Shown in pieces: positions 36,416-48,804 of a stretch of DNA of 64,000 bases. The stretch's first letter is position 1, and the number at the start of each line of letters is the position of its first letter. The DNA is from Vermamoeba vermiformis (lineage: Eukaryota). Made by a program: the position numbers and the translations under genes. The notes below the pieces were generated by a model. The model saw only the letters and a list, made by a program, of their open reading frames with translations, did no database searches and was not told where the DNA came from. The stretch covers positions 372,001-436,000 of the forward strand of contig JBEWZL010000216.1 in assembly GCA_045837725.1 (NCBI GenBank), given 5' to 3'.

Positions 36416-38164
36416 ATGGAAGTCCTGACTTATCTCGCGACTTTGCCGCAAGAGTTAAAATCACAGTTATTTGGCTTAGCACCCACTTGTAAAGCTATAT
36501 TTAGGTATGGCGACGCAATTTAATATTTTAGGCAATTATTGGTGCGAATGATTAAATTATTTGACGCGGATCAAGCGAGCAAGAATTTCTGAGAATTGTT
36601 CAACGACCATCGATCAGCTCAAATCAATGCGAATACTGATCAAATCATACGACGTACTAGGACATTATCGCCAGTGGGCAAGCAGCTCATTCTGCGCATG
36701 TTACACGCTAATAAAATCACATTGTCAAATCCACATGCTACAGTAAAAGAACAAATGAAGCTATTAGAGAAGTTGGAGCTCGTTGATGTTGAAGATAAGA
36801 AGTAAGTGCATTGTGTACCAATTAGACGTGCATTAACCCCTGCTAGCAATGTGACTCAGCTGCAGATCAACAGTACATTTCAAACTCGATTGAAAGAAGC
36901 GCTGTACGAGTGAGTATAGATGATTGTATATTAATAGCGTTATAATTAATATGCGTTAGAACGGCCAATAAGGACACATCAGACATGGAGGTCGATGGTC
37001 CCTCCACAGATGTGATAGACCAGTACGCGCGTGAGCAGTGGGAACAGATCTTGTTGTTCATATTGACTGCCATTCATGAACAGATCGTGCGCAGTGGTGA
37101 CAGGGGCGGAATAATTCCTAAAAATAGACCAGCTCTGTCTGCCTCACTCGTGCAGCTGTTGACGGACATTGGACTGATTGAAGACAAGGAGTACGACTAA
37201 TAGGACACTATTCATATAGAACTCTAGTATTTACAGTCATATCAATAGGGACTACCACGCAGTTACGCCACTAGGTCTGAAATTTATCTTTGACGAGCAA
37301 GCAGTGCAGATCTGGACCCTGGTGCAGTTCTACATTGACCACCTCTCGCGCACACCACGTGATCGCGTTGAAATTATCAATTTTATTTTTCAGCTCAACT
37401 TCCTCGCGCCAGGCCGCGGCTATTCATCGCGCGCACTCACTGCGGCACAACAACGAGCCCTGCGCGATCTCCACGAGCTGGGTCTGCTGTACATTGACGA
37501 ACAGTCACGTGATCAGCTCGTGACACGTGTCAGTGCGGGCAAGAAGGCGAAGAGTGTGGACATTATGTACTATCCCACGATGCTGGCTGTGGATCTGATT
37601 GGTCACCAGTCACACGGTGCCACAGAGGTCACTGAGCAGTCACGTGATCATCAACCAGGGCTCGCGGGACCAATCGCCGTGGCACGCAACAGCAGTGTAG
37701 TGAGTTCTGCCTCGCATCAACTCGTGCTCGAGTCCAATCTGCAGCTGTTCTCGCGTGACACGTGTCAATCAGCCATTCTCCGCTTGGCGCTGTTCACAAC
37801 CATTCAAGCACATCTACCAGGGCTCGTAGTGACACGTTTGACACGTGAAAGCATTCGTCGCGCACTGACACTCGGGCTCGATGTGACAGCCATCACGCAG
37901 TGGATCACTCGTCACGCACCGCGTCCTCCAGCAGCAGTGCTCGCACAACTGCATCTCTGGGCGCAAGAGAGACGACGTTTGACAGCTGTCAGTGCCGTGT
38001 CGTACGAACACTGGGCACGCGACGAAGACTTCATGACAGTGCTCAATTACGCGCGAGATCTGGGTGTGTTGTTGTGGCACCACCGAGAGAAGAGGATTCT
38101 CATCATATCTGCCACCGCGCACATCGCTATTAAGGAGTACATTAAGAACAACATTGTCTCATAA
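36416..38164 (+). CDS. GTF2H4: TFIIH subunit p52/Tfb2, multi-exon
   Basis: TCKAIFRTLSPVGKQLILRML, IDQYAREQWEQILLF, QIWTLVQFY, LRDLHELGLLY, YYPTMLA, LTRESIRRAL..G, QLHLWAQERRR, ARDLGVLLW. Confidence 0.9.
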
Positions 38165-38273
38165 TAAACTTGTATCAAAGACGAGATCTGTCGCGCATTG
38201 TACGGTACAAGGCAAAAAAGGGTTTAATTACAATTTCGAGGGTGATATTTACAGATTGACAGTCAAAATGGTA

Positions 38274-39302
38274 TTATACAAATTGCAGTGGCGTGGGTGG
38301 CATCGCTTGACAGGAGAGCAGATCCAGATGTTCGATGGGCAGTTTGAGGTCGTTCTGCTCGCGTCCTATGCGCAGTATTAAATTGACCACATCGATCACC
38401 TTCACTTGGCGCCACTGTTCGCGATCAGCTTCACTCAGCGAGTTGCTGCGTGGCGGTACAGCAGCGCTCTCAATCTCCGCAGTGTGCACCTTGCTCGCGC
38501 TCTGTTCGCGCTTCAAGTCGCTCTGTTTGTCGAGCTGTTTCTGCAGCTGTTCGCGCTTCTGTTTCTGCAGTCGTTGGGCCAGCTTCTCTGCCTCGCCATT
38601 CACTTGACTGTCATTCACGACGATCGAGGGGCCTGATTTGCTCAGCTCTCCTTGCATCGAGGTTGTTCTTCGCGCACTCTTTTCCAACGGCGAAATACTG
38701 CGACGACGAGATTTACTTAAATCCGCCGAGGTGGGACTGGGTTGTCGCGGTGATGCTTCTCCTGATGAAGCTAATGGCGTGTTGGTGCTAGAACCAGGTG
38801 CAGATCCGGAGATAGCGTTGAAATTGAGTGGAGTAAGCAGATCATCCTTGGACAAGGGTCCCACCAATGTACTGCGCTTCTTTTTCTTTTCAGCTTCGCT
38901 CAATTTTCTGCGCGGCTTAGTTGCAGGTGATATTGGTGGCGTGCGACTCGTTGAAGTTTCTTCGACCAGTTTGCGGAACTCGGTCAACAAGACTTCTCGA
39001 TCCAAACTCTGTTCGGTGCCATTAATAGTGCTTTTCGGTCTAATTTGTTTTTCAGGTGATCTGCGCACATCTCCTGCTGATGCAGCTTGGGCTAATTTTT
39101 TTTCAGTTGCGGGAGTATGATCTTCGTTATTTTGATTTGAATTATTCCCCGCAAGGCCATTTAATTCTTTGTCCTTAGATTTTTCTCTTTTATGTCCTTT
39201 CATAGCATTAAATGCTGTTTTAATAAAATTCGGGGTGTATCCGGTGCTTTTTGTTCTTCGCTTTGACGGTGGCGACGTGTCTGTTCGTTCCGATTTGCTC
39301 AT
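38274..39302 (-). CDS. Hypothetical low-complexity S/P/K-rich protein with a short coiled coil (342 aa)
   Basis: Long ATG-initiated ORF between TFB2 and TatD; no family recognised. Confidence 0.65.
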   Translation of the reverse strand: MSKSERTDTSPPSKRRTKSTGYTPNFIKTAFNAMKGHKREKSKDKELNGLAGNNSNQNNEDHTPATEKKLAQAASAGDVRRSPEKQIRPKSTINGTEQSLDREVLLTEFRKLVEETSTSRTPPISPATKPRRKLSEAEKKKKRSTLVGPLSKDDLLTPLNFNAISGSAPGSSTNTPLASSGEASPRQPSPTSADLSKSRRRSISPLEKSARRTTSMQGELSKSGPSIVVNDSQVNGEAEKLAQRLQKQKREQLQKQLDKQSDLKREQSASKVHTAEIESAAVPPRSNSLSEADREQWRQVKVIDVVNLILRIGREQNDLKLPIEHLDLLSCQAMPPTPLQFV

Positions 39303-39487
39303 AAATAAGTTTTTAAATATATTCTACGTGTTGTGGGGTGTGCTTGTGCTGTTCAATTAATAATTGTGAATAAATGCAACGAAAATAATTTACATCAAAA
39401 AAACGGCAACATTAATCTCCCCCGCGAGATTGTAATTAGACGCGGAGTCAGGCCCAGGGAATTGGCTGCAGATATTATGAAGAGTGT

Positions 39488-40944
39488 TTACTGTGGCAAA
39501 TTAAAGGCCTTAATCGTATTTTGATACACGTGCTTGCCGAGTTCAGCCACATCCATTTCGCGAACCGCCGAGATAACTTCTAAGACCTGGCGGAGATGAC
39601 CTGTGTGTATACAAATGAATACAATGCGACACTTGTGTTCCAAATTTACTTACAGGGTTCATTTCTGCCTCTAATGCACGAATTGGCGTCCCATTTCTCT
39701 TTTCTCTTGATGTCCCACTTGGTCTGGATGTGTTTGCTGCCTGGATGTGTCGGACGAATCTCACACCACGGAGCATCTATGTGCGGGTCATTACTACACC
39801 TTACAATACTTGTCAGCCCTATTTACCGGTTTCAATGAGCAATCGATCGAGCGGGATCTGTTTCACGACTTCCACGCTCTCTTCAGTGCGCAGCGAACAG
39901 CCGTTGATGCCAATGTACAGCTCGGGCAGTGACGTCAGCTGCTTCATCTCGTCCATCGTGCCTGTGAAGCTGTGCACCACGGCCTGCTTGATGGAAGTGC
40001 GGTGACGGGAGATAATTTCTGTGCATCGAGTTAAATTTAACACTTTGACACGTGTCAGAATAAGGATCACACAATGACACTTACCCATAAAATCAGTGCA
40101 CGCACTGCGCATATGGAGGAAGAGTGGCAATGGACATTCGCGTGTCATGTTGAGCTGCAAATCAAAATACCTGTCAACACAACGTGTCAAACACGAGTCT
40201 TTGCAACAATTTCATGCAGACACGCACTTAATTTGCGTCGCTTTGTCACTGTACTCCAATCTGTCGTAGTCGAGACCCATCTCACCGAGGGCCACAATCT
40301 TCTTGGCGCTCTGATTGTCAGTCACGTGCTTCACCAGGGCCTTGTAATAGTTGTCAGCCCCGTGCGTGTCAAAAAGTTTGACATGTGTCGGATGCACACC
40401 TGCAGTGGTGAAGAGGTTGTCTGTGACACGCGCAATTAGAAGAGATTGATTAGCTCTATATATTTATAGGCACTCACCGCTAGTCTTGGCGAGTTCTAGT
40501 GTTTTGGGACATTCTAAGCGGCGTTAATATGGCCCGTTATAGTCAATAACATAGTGTTCGCTATTAATAGTACCCTCTAAATAGCCAGCGGTGATAATCA
40601 TCTTTTCAACGCCAATGTCAAAAGCTCTCTTCAGCACGTGTTCCACATCAGGACTGTGCGCTTGTTTGCCGTTGTATATGCCTCCATTAATATTATTTAA
40701 TTGTTGATTGGTGATTGGACGGGCTGCGTTGCTTACCAGAAAACATTGGATCTGTTAGTTAAATTAAAACAATTAAAATAAATTCGGCAAGTTGTTCAAC
40801 GGCACATATTCATCGTACCTAATAGATTGGCGCCAATATCTATTTAATTAAAATTAATCAGTCATCAACATTGCAACTCGTCGATCCACTTGTCCTACCA
40901 ATCATAGGGACCTTTACAAAAGTTGATGCGGTGTTTGTAGCCAT
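39488..40944 (-). CDS. TATDN1: TatD family DNase, many short exons
   Basis: DIGANL, GVHPT, VALGEMGLDYDRL, LPLFLHMR, VVHSFTG, YIGINGCSLRT, ETDAPWCEIRPTH, GRNEP. Confidence 0.93.
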
Positions 40945-41040
40945 TATAGGTATGTTATTATTGCTAACTATTAACAGTTGGTGGTCCTGAAGGAGAAGAG
41001 AATAATGAAAACAATACTCACAATTTTTTAATTCTACAAC

Positions 41041-41726
41041 ATGTTGACAACAGCGCTGCACAGAATAAGTTCAATTAGAGCCATAAATCGACTAGTGACG
41101 ATCAGATCCAGCGTCAAGTTGTCTGCAGTATCGCGTCGGAGCCCTCCGCATTTTATTGATAAACTTGACGGCAGATCCTATGCTACTAAATGCACCAATA
41201 ATATTAGAAATATATTAAAAACCAACACGAGACTAAACACAGCTATATTCGGCTCTTCCGAACAATACAGAAAATATTCCAACAATAAATCGGAGGATAA
41301 TAAGCAAATTGAATCAGAACAACTAGACGAGGCTGACAACAACGAAGAAGAAATTCCATTATTGGAGATTAACGAGTCATATTTAGACACGCAGAAAAAC
41401 ACCATTGAAAAAGTACTGCGACGAGACCTGCAGGCACGTGACGTCAAAGTGTACGACTTCAGAGACCTCAATTTGACTTCTAGTACGTGAAACGTTATTA
41501 TTCATATGCATTTGTAATATATCTAACCACCCTTTGATTATTAGACTGCGGTGTGTCGTTTGAAATTGAGATCTGGTGCGACGCGTTCAAAGACAAATCA
41601 CTCCTGCAACAACATCGCCTTGTAATTGACACACTGCAGCGGTACAATAAGGCGAGCAGCAGTGCCAAAGAACAGCTGTTAGACATTGACAACTTCCACT
41701 CGATTGTCATTCGCACGCATGTCTAA
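41041..41726 (+). CDS. BolA-family protein with long N-terminal (mitochondrial-type) extension; one intron
   Basis: IEKVLRRDLQARDVKVYD...NCGVSFEIEIWCDAFKDKSLLQQHRLV...HSIVIRT. Confidence 0.85.
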
Positions 41727-42036
41727 ATTTGTACATAAACAGCACAACGTTATTCAACAGAGGTACGTCATCCTTGATGCCATGACAAATAAGACTACAA
41801 ATTCACATCGAGTCGGTGTTGAGTCCTAATGATCATCCAAAACAGCTCTGGAATATGTATGTGATTCACTATCCTAATTCGAAGCCGGCAACTTGTAATT
41901 CGCTTTTTTGAACACAAGAATCAGGAATTGATTGACGAAGCTAATCAAATGAACGACTATTCATTCAATGCTGCTGCATTGGAAAGTGATAAATTTATTG
42001 ATCGACACCACATTAGTTAATTGATTACAATGCTGT

Positions 42037-42552
42037 CTAACACGAGTAGCCGCAATTGGTTCCCAGTGACCGCGCGGATTGAGAGTTTTGAATGCAGCAC
42101 TGTGTATTACAGGCATTGTGACATGCACACGCGGCCGCGCAATAGAAACAAGCTTGTTGCGGGGCAGGTGAGTTGCAAGATGGACACGTGTATTGTGTGG
42201 CAGCACATTGCGCGGGGTTGGTAGTTGGATTGCTAGGGGAGGTAGGGGACGAAGGTGCACTAGGACTAGGACTGCCGCCACCACCGACGACTTTGGCACC
42301 GTAGACTCCGGATGCGGCGATAATGAACGCGGTACCGAAGCTGAAGAACACTGCCCCTGCTTTGCTCGATGGTTCTTGACAGCACTTGAACTTGGGATTG
42401 GTCTTCCTCTTCTTGGCCACGCAGCAACAAGCAGCGAACCACAATATGATGCCGATGGCTGTGAGTGTACCGCCCACTGCGTAGAGAGCGATGGCGATTG
42501 TAAAGTAACTCATATGATGATTGGTGATGGTGTTACTATTTCGAAGTGACAT
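42037..42552 (-). CDS. Small two-TM protein with Pro/Ser linker and Cys-rich C-terminal domain
   Basis: Intronless 171-aa ORF; two hydrophobic segments flanking CCCVAKKRK; tail CAATQYTCPSC...CFYCAAACACHNACNTQCC...CGYSC. Confidence 0.7.
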   Translation of the reverse strand: MSLRNSNTITNHHMSYFTIAIALYAVGGTLTAIGIILWFAACCCVAKKRKTNPKFKCCQEPSSKAGAVFFSFGTAFIIAASGVYGAKVVGGGGSPSPSAPSSPTSPSNPTTNPAQCAATQYTCPSCNSPAPQQACFYCAAACACHNACNTQCCIQNSQSARSLGTNCGYSC

Positions 42553-42699
42553 GATTTGTCCGACAACAAACGTTTTTTATGTGGCAGTGTGATTCGAAAA
42601 GCGAATTAATCAGAATTAATTAAAGTGTCATCATTTATCGAGTGACTCCGTTAATACGACATCTAACTATTACACTTTATTGACTGCACATTCGACTGC

Positions 42700-45367
42700 T
42701 TAATCGAGCATAATCACTTCATCGTGCCCATTCGAAGTCTGTTCAGCGGTGTTATTATTGTTGTTGTTATTATTGCCCTTCGCTTTCTTGCGCGCAGGCT
42801 CGTCTTCTTCATTCTCATCACTGCGCTTTCGTTTCTTGTTGTTCGAGCCATTGATTGCTTCGTTTTGTTTGGCCTCATCAGCCGATACAGCAGTCACAAA
42901 CACCACCTCATCGTCATCGTCGCTCTTCTCACTCGTGTTCGTGTTGGCAGCTGCAGGGGCTGTTGGCACGGAGGGTGCCTCGCCTGCAATGTCAAACTTC
43001 TTCTCGGGATCATCAAAACTCTCGCTAATTATCATATTAACAACGGCTAGGTGCAGTATTAACACAAAGCTACGTACACATGAGCGATGGATATTTGCAG
43101 CTTGAAGTTCTCAATTACAAAGTCTTCGACTTCAACAATCGCGTTGTGACTGATGCGTACTTGATCGCAGAACTTGTCGAGCTGTTTTTCATAGCGCTCT
43201 TTGTCTTCTTCGTCAATGTCCGCGCCACTCTCCAACATGATACTGTACGGTGTTAATGGGCGATCGATTACTAACTGACAAGTACTTACTCATCACCAAC
43301 CATAATCGACGGCTCTTTGAAGTTGAGGCGGTGCTTGACGACCTCTTCAACAAATGTGCGGAATGAAGTTTGACGCGTGTTGAAGCTGACGAACACTGAT
43401 TGAGCACCGCACACGTAGCACTTGGGATTGGGCTCTTCAGGCTGCATCTTGTACAGCAGTCTCTTGCGCGTGGGGAATCGATACAAATAGGTCTGAGGTC
43501 ATAGTTAGCCATCAAGTCAGTGCCAGCATTCATTGACTTGTTAAGACTTACATTCAAGCACTTGCTGTAGTCACCTTCGAGTACTTTAAATGCCTCCATA
43601 ACAATCAAACCAGCAATGATGGCATTAGTTGTTGCAATGGCAGGAATGATGTTGCCAGCATCAGCTAATGACACGCGTGTCAAACATATTTACACCATAA
43701 ATTTATATATATTACTACGCACCTTTCACTGTGAATCGCGATTGCAAAGGAATGTTGAAGATGTGCGCGCGCAAGTTGGTGGCAGCAGTCACAAAGTCCA
43801 AGTGCAAATCAACGTCTTTGTCCCACTCCAGATCAGTGCCTGTACGCACTCGCTCTTCGTTCAATTGATTGACGCTATGCAGTCCATTAGCATCTATCTC
43901 AACTAACAACCAGTGACTACTTACACATCGACGAACTTCTCGGCGCATTCACGAACACTCCACACGCGCTGATCTTCAATGATATACTCCGCGTTGTTAT
44001 TGACGTTGTTGTTGTTGCTGTCAACTGCACACGCGCGTTCAAAACTGAGAGGCACTGGCGGTTTTTTGCCCTTCCACAGATCTTTCATTGTGCTCAACTG
44101 CAATGTGTCGCTGTGATATACTTTGTGGAACATGGCGCGGCCGTGACTGATCCTCTTTTCAGCGTCGAGTTGCAATTTGTCCGCATCGATCGCTGCTTTC
44201 AACTCTATCGTGACACGCGTCAAAACATGTTTATATTGAGACTACCAGACGTACCTGGCTCAATAGGTGTTGCGTTAGTGTCTTGTTCCGCGGCTTGATC
44301 TTCCAAGTCCGTCACTGCATTGGTGTCATCTGCTTTGCCAAAGAATCGACTGTCGCGTTGTTATGATTAGCACGAGCTACAACAGTGCATTAAGGGACCT
44401 TGGTGACGTACCCGAACAACATCTTGGCCCAGACAATGCAGTGAATGGGCGTGGAGGGATTAGACCTGATCGTGCACACTGGATAGGTCTTGGGCGGGGC
44501 TTTGGGCTGACATTCAAAACACTCTGTGCGGACATTGCTGTTCTTGCCCGGATTGGGACAGTTCTTCGGATTGAAGATGAATTGCACCTGGCCCAAATAG
44601 CCCTGCGTGCCGGACTCGATCAGCGGCACTCCTGCAGTGAAGCAAAGTCGATTCACGTGACGTCGTGCGGACAAGTTGTCGAGCGCATTCATCACCATTG
44701 CGAACTGTGACACGTAGCTCAGACCATATTGCGGGGACTGGCAATGTCGATGTTAGTATTGCCTAATTAGGAAATAAGGGATGGTCGTACTTTAACGTCA
44801 GCGTGGTGTGCGGTGATATTTGCATCGGGATTGAGCAGCAGTGCTGATTCACGTGCGACCTGAGAGCCAATCGAATTAAGTCAACCAACGCGCCATAAAC
44901 GTGTTAAATAAGACTATGAGTCTCGTACCTGTGCCTTGGAGTGGCCGACATGTCGCTTTTCGAACAAAAATTGACGATTTAAGTTGCTCACGTCGATAGT
45001 GTCCAAATCGATCTGTTATGTAGGGTTATTTTTTTGAGCTCAACATTGCAAGCAACTATTAGTTCGAAAATAAAAGCGCGATCTGAGCAATATTTTCTGA
45101 ATTTCTTTAAAAACAATAATTCTTCTTGCATTATTTGATTAGAATGGCGTTACAATAATACGTGTATCATCAGAAAATTCTTAATAATTTTTTTGGAGGA
45201 CTTACAATGTCAATATTGCGAAAGCCAGAAAGTACCAAGTTTTTCAACAGCTCGCAACCAATGCCACCAGCGCCGACAACGAGAACGCGGCAATTGTGAA
45301 CTTTATCAAACAATTCCTCGCCTAGAACCTCTTTGAGGCCGCTGTATCGATCGACTTGTGCTGCCAT
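42700..45367 (-). CDS. UBA2: SUMO-activating enzyme subunit 2
   Basis: [90 protein letters not shown]. Confidence 0.96.
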
Positions 45368-45636
45368 CTCGCTTGCAACTGAACAAATTTGTTTATTTTG
45401 GCGTTTCGAGCCGAACTACACGCGCCCGAGACAAAAAAACAGCACCTGGTCATTCATTATGCTGCGGGCAGTTATTGGTAACCATATTCCCAACTCTGCT
45501 GGGAACGAAAGAAGGCTCAGAACCCTGATCTGGCTTTCTTAATTATTTCCAGCGGTGTGCGCCAAACTTTTGCTTTGAATGCCAACATTTTGAACTTAAC
45601 AACGTCGTTAAGTGGCAACAACGAACGTGTCACATC

Positions 45637-47097
45637 ATGTCTTTACCTTCGTTTCCGAGCCTATTTGGCCCGAGGGTAGAAGAGAAAAATTATCCAATAC
45701 TAGAAATTGAGGGTGTCAGTGCCGCCAAACAAAAAGCTGTAAGTCAGTTGTTGAGCAGAGTTAATTACTATTTTTCAGTTATTAAAATTTATGATTGACA
45801 GATCAGGTCGCAAATTGAACTGGGCATGGTATTTGGCCAAGATTTAACACGACCAGAACTAAAATTCTCGCTCGAGATATTAGCCCAAAACAAAGATCCA
45901 GTCAGTACTTTGGGTGTTATGTTAAATAACGACAAAGAAACAATGCAGCTGTTGGCTCAAGTGCTTATCACTACAACAACAATCCAGGCACTATTCATTG
46001 GCAGCGCGGGTGTTCAAATGCCTGTCATCGAATCTGACATTGAGGAGATTTTAGGCAACGCTCTCGCACAGAACAAGTCGATTGTCAACGTCGTGATTGG
46101 CGTGGGCTTATTTACCGCAGAACAGATTCGTCCAGTGCTCTCGATCTTGCAACGCAATCAGAACCTCAAACAACTGCAGCTGTACAGTCTGCCAGAGCAG
46201 TGCTCAGATGCGTCAAGCTTTGTGCCATTCGCAGTCTTCTTGGCCAGCAACAAAACTCCTGCATTAATCTGGCTCAGAAACTGTTTGAACTCAGCGAGTC
46301 TCATTGAAATTGCAAAGGGCTTGGTCAACAACACATCCGTCACTGCCTTAACACTCGAAGGTTGCAGCACTCAAGGAGGAATAGCGGCACTATGCGACAG
46401 TCTCAGCGCCAACACCACACTGCAGCAACTACGTATTTTAATGCAACAAATGAGTGTGGAGGAGTGCCATCATCTCAGTCACTGGCTGCAGAACAACTGC
46501 TCGCTGACTGAGCTGGAACTGGTTGGTACGCGCCTCGACGATGCGTGTGCAAACAAATTGGCCGAGATTTGGTCAAACAACACGACCTCCATCCACACGG
46601 TGAAGTTGAGTGCGAACAGAATCACAATTGAAGGTGCCAGAGTCTTGGCTGAGGTGTGGGCCAGTAGCAGTGCCCTGCGTACGATTGAACTTGTACACAA
46701 TCCAAATGCCGCATCTGACGAGTACCAGCACGTGCTCTCTGCATTAGTGCGGCGCAATCAATTCATCACGCGCGTGGCGTGTGAGGACTGGAATGATGTA
46801 GCACCTGAGCCCTCAGAACTGCTCAAGCTCTGCGAACACAACAAACAGCGCAAGATCAGTGCCATCAACACATTGATCACCGCACAGACCTTGCAGCACT
46901 CGAGCATGCGGATACTCGTGCCAGAAGATGTGTGGCCGCAACTGCTCTACTGGGCTCAGACTTGCAGCAAAGACGATGACCTTCTGTTGACTCGCGAACA
47001 GGTCACTCGCATCTGTGTCATAGCTAAGCAACAGAAAATACTAGAGCTGAACAAAGACAGTGTTTTGCGCCAAGTACTGAAGCTGGGCTCGAAATAA
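45637..47097 (+). CDS. RNI-like leucine-rich-repeat protein
   Basis: Repeats of L..N.SL..L.L (LAQNKSIVNVVI, LVNNTSVTALTL, LSANTTLQQLRI, LQNNCSLTELEL); one intron near the 5' end. Confidence 0.8.
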
Positions 47098-47315
47098 AGT
47101 GGTGTTTCGACATTGTTATTAATAAGTCATGTCTGTATCTTGATCCATTAATAGAACAAATCCCGAGGATAATTATCATTAAGGTCGCGACGTATTACAT
47201 TCGATTTCAAAATTTATTTTTCGATCGCGATCGTTATACAAAAAATTATTTCAACGATGACGCACCAATAACCGCACTATTAATGCACCATCATATTGAC
47301 AAATAAATAAGGTTC

Positions 47316-48804
47316 TTAGTTGTTCTTCTTTTCAAGAGGCTTGCGCATGACGATCAAATAGTCAGGGCTGAAGATTCCGAGCTTGCCAGAGTCGACCAAA
47401 GAGACGGCAGTCTTCATCAACATAGTGCTGGTGGCGACGGTACCCTTGGGGGCAATACCGAAGCACTCCAAAGTGCTAACCATACTGCAAAACGAATTTT
47501 AGAAATCAGATGTGCCATAAAAAATTCATGTGTAACGACTACTTACGCGTGGGTGGCCCAGTGACCGAGACGAGTGTGTCTGAAGCCAGTGAGGGTCATC
47601 TTGCCTTGCAAAGAGTCGTACCAAGGAGTCTCAGGATCACCAGTCAAAGACATATCCTCAGTCCAAACGATCTCGAAGCCAGCTTCCTAATCACGCGACT
47701 AATCGTGAGCTTGGAGTCCATAATACGGCAAATATATTATAATTATTAAATACGCACCTTGACGGCAGCCAAGACCTCGTCGACGGTTTCAATATCAGGA
47801 AGACCGTTGCCCTTCATGATACCCATCTTAATGTCGTTGTGTCGCTTGTTGTTCGGGTCGTACTTGTTGGTCATCACCCATTCAACGTCAGCGAAGCAAG
47901 CGCCAGGCTTGAGGACTCTGAACAACTCCTTGTAGACCACGACCTTTTGGGGAGCGTGTTCAATTGCCTCGAAGGAGAAACCAGCGTCGAGACTGTTGTC
48001 AGCGGCGGGGATGTGGTGGAAATCACCCTAGGAGTAACGCGTTAATTAATAAAGAATTCTAGAAATATTTTGATATTTTTTGGGACTTGATCTCCATCCA
48101 AAAAAATTGAGCACTTACTTGCAACCACTCCAAGTTGGACAAACGAGCCTCCTTAGTGATATCACGGCATCGTTGCAATTGGTAGCTGTTGTTGTTCAAA
48201 CCAATGATCTGCATCAAGCGGAATAACGTTAATACCCGGATGAATGATGCGCGTAACACAAAAGATATTGTGGAACAGAATAAACAAATGAATAGAATAA
48301 TTAAGGTAATGCATAATTGAGGCAGAAATCAAAGAATAGGAATGCTTACAGTGGCTTGAGAGAAACGAGCAATAGCGCGGGCGGGACCACCAATACCGCA
48401 ACCAACGTCCAAGACGCGCATACCCTTCTCCAACTTCAACTTGAGGGCGACGTAGAATTCGAGGCGAGCTTTAATTGGTGATTGCAAAATTAGATTGGAT
48501 TTCAAATCAACCAGATCGCACAAGATTACGTACAAACTGAGGCTTCGAAAGACTCGAATCTGTGTCTGGGAGCAAAGTGGAAAGATTGACCCCAACCGTA
48601 TTCGTAGAAGTGCGTAACGAGGTCATAAAAGTCGTTGACCATCTTCATGTATTGCTTTCGGCGCACTTCGAGGTTGCCACCCTTCTCCTCAATGAAGAGG
48701 TTGTTGTAGCTGTCGATGGTCTCCTTGACCTTATCGACGTCGATCGAATCCTTGCCCATAAAGGACGTAATTCGCTTGAAGTCACCTTCCATAGCCAAAG
48801 CCAT
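47316..48804 (-). CDS. ERG6: Sterol C24-methyltransferase (SMT/Erg6), multi-exon
   Basis: [56 protein letters not shown]. Confidence 0.95.
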
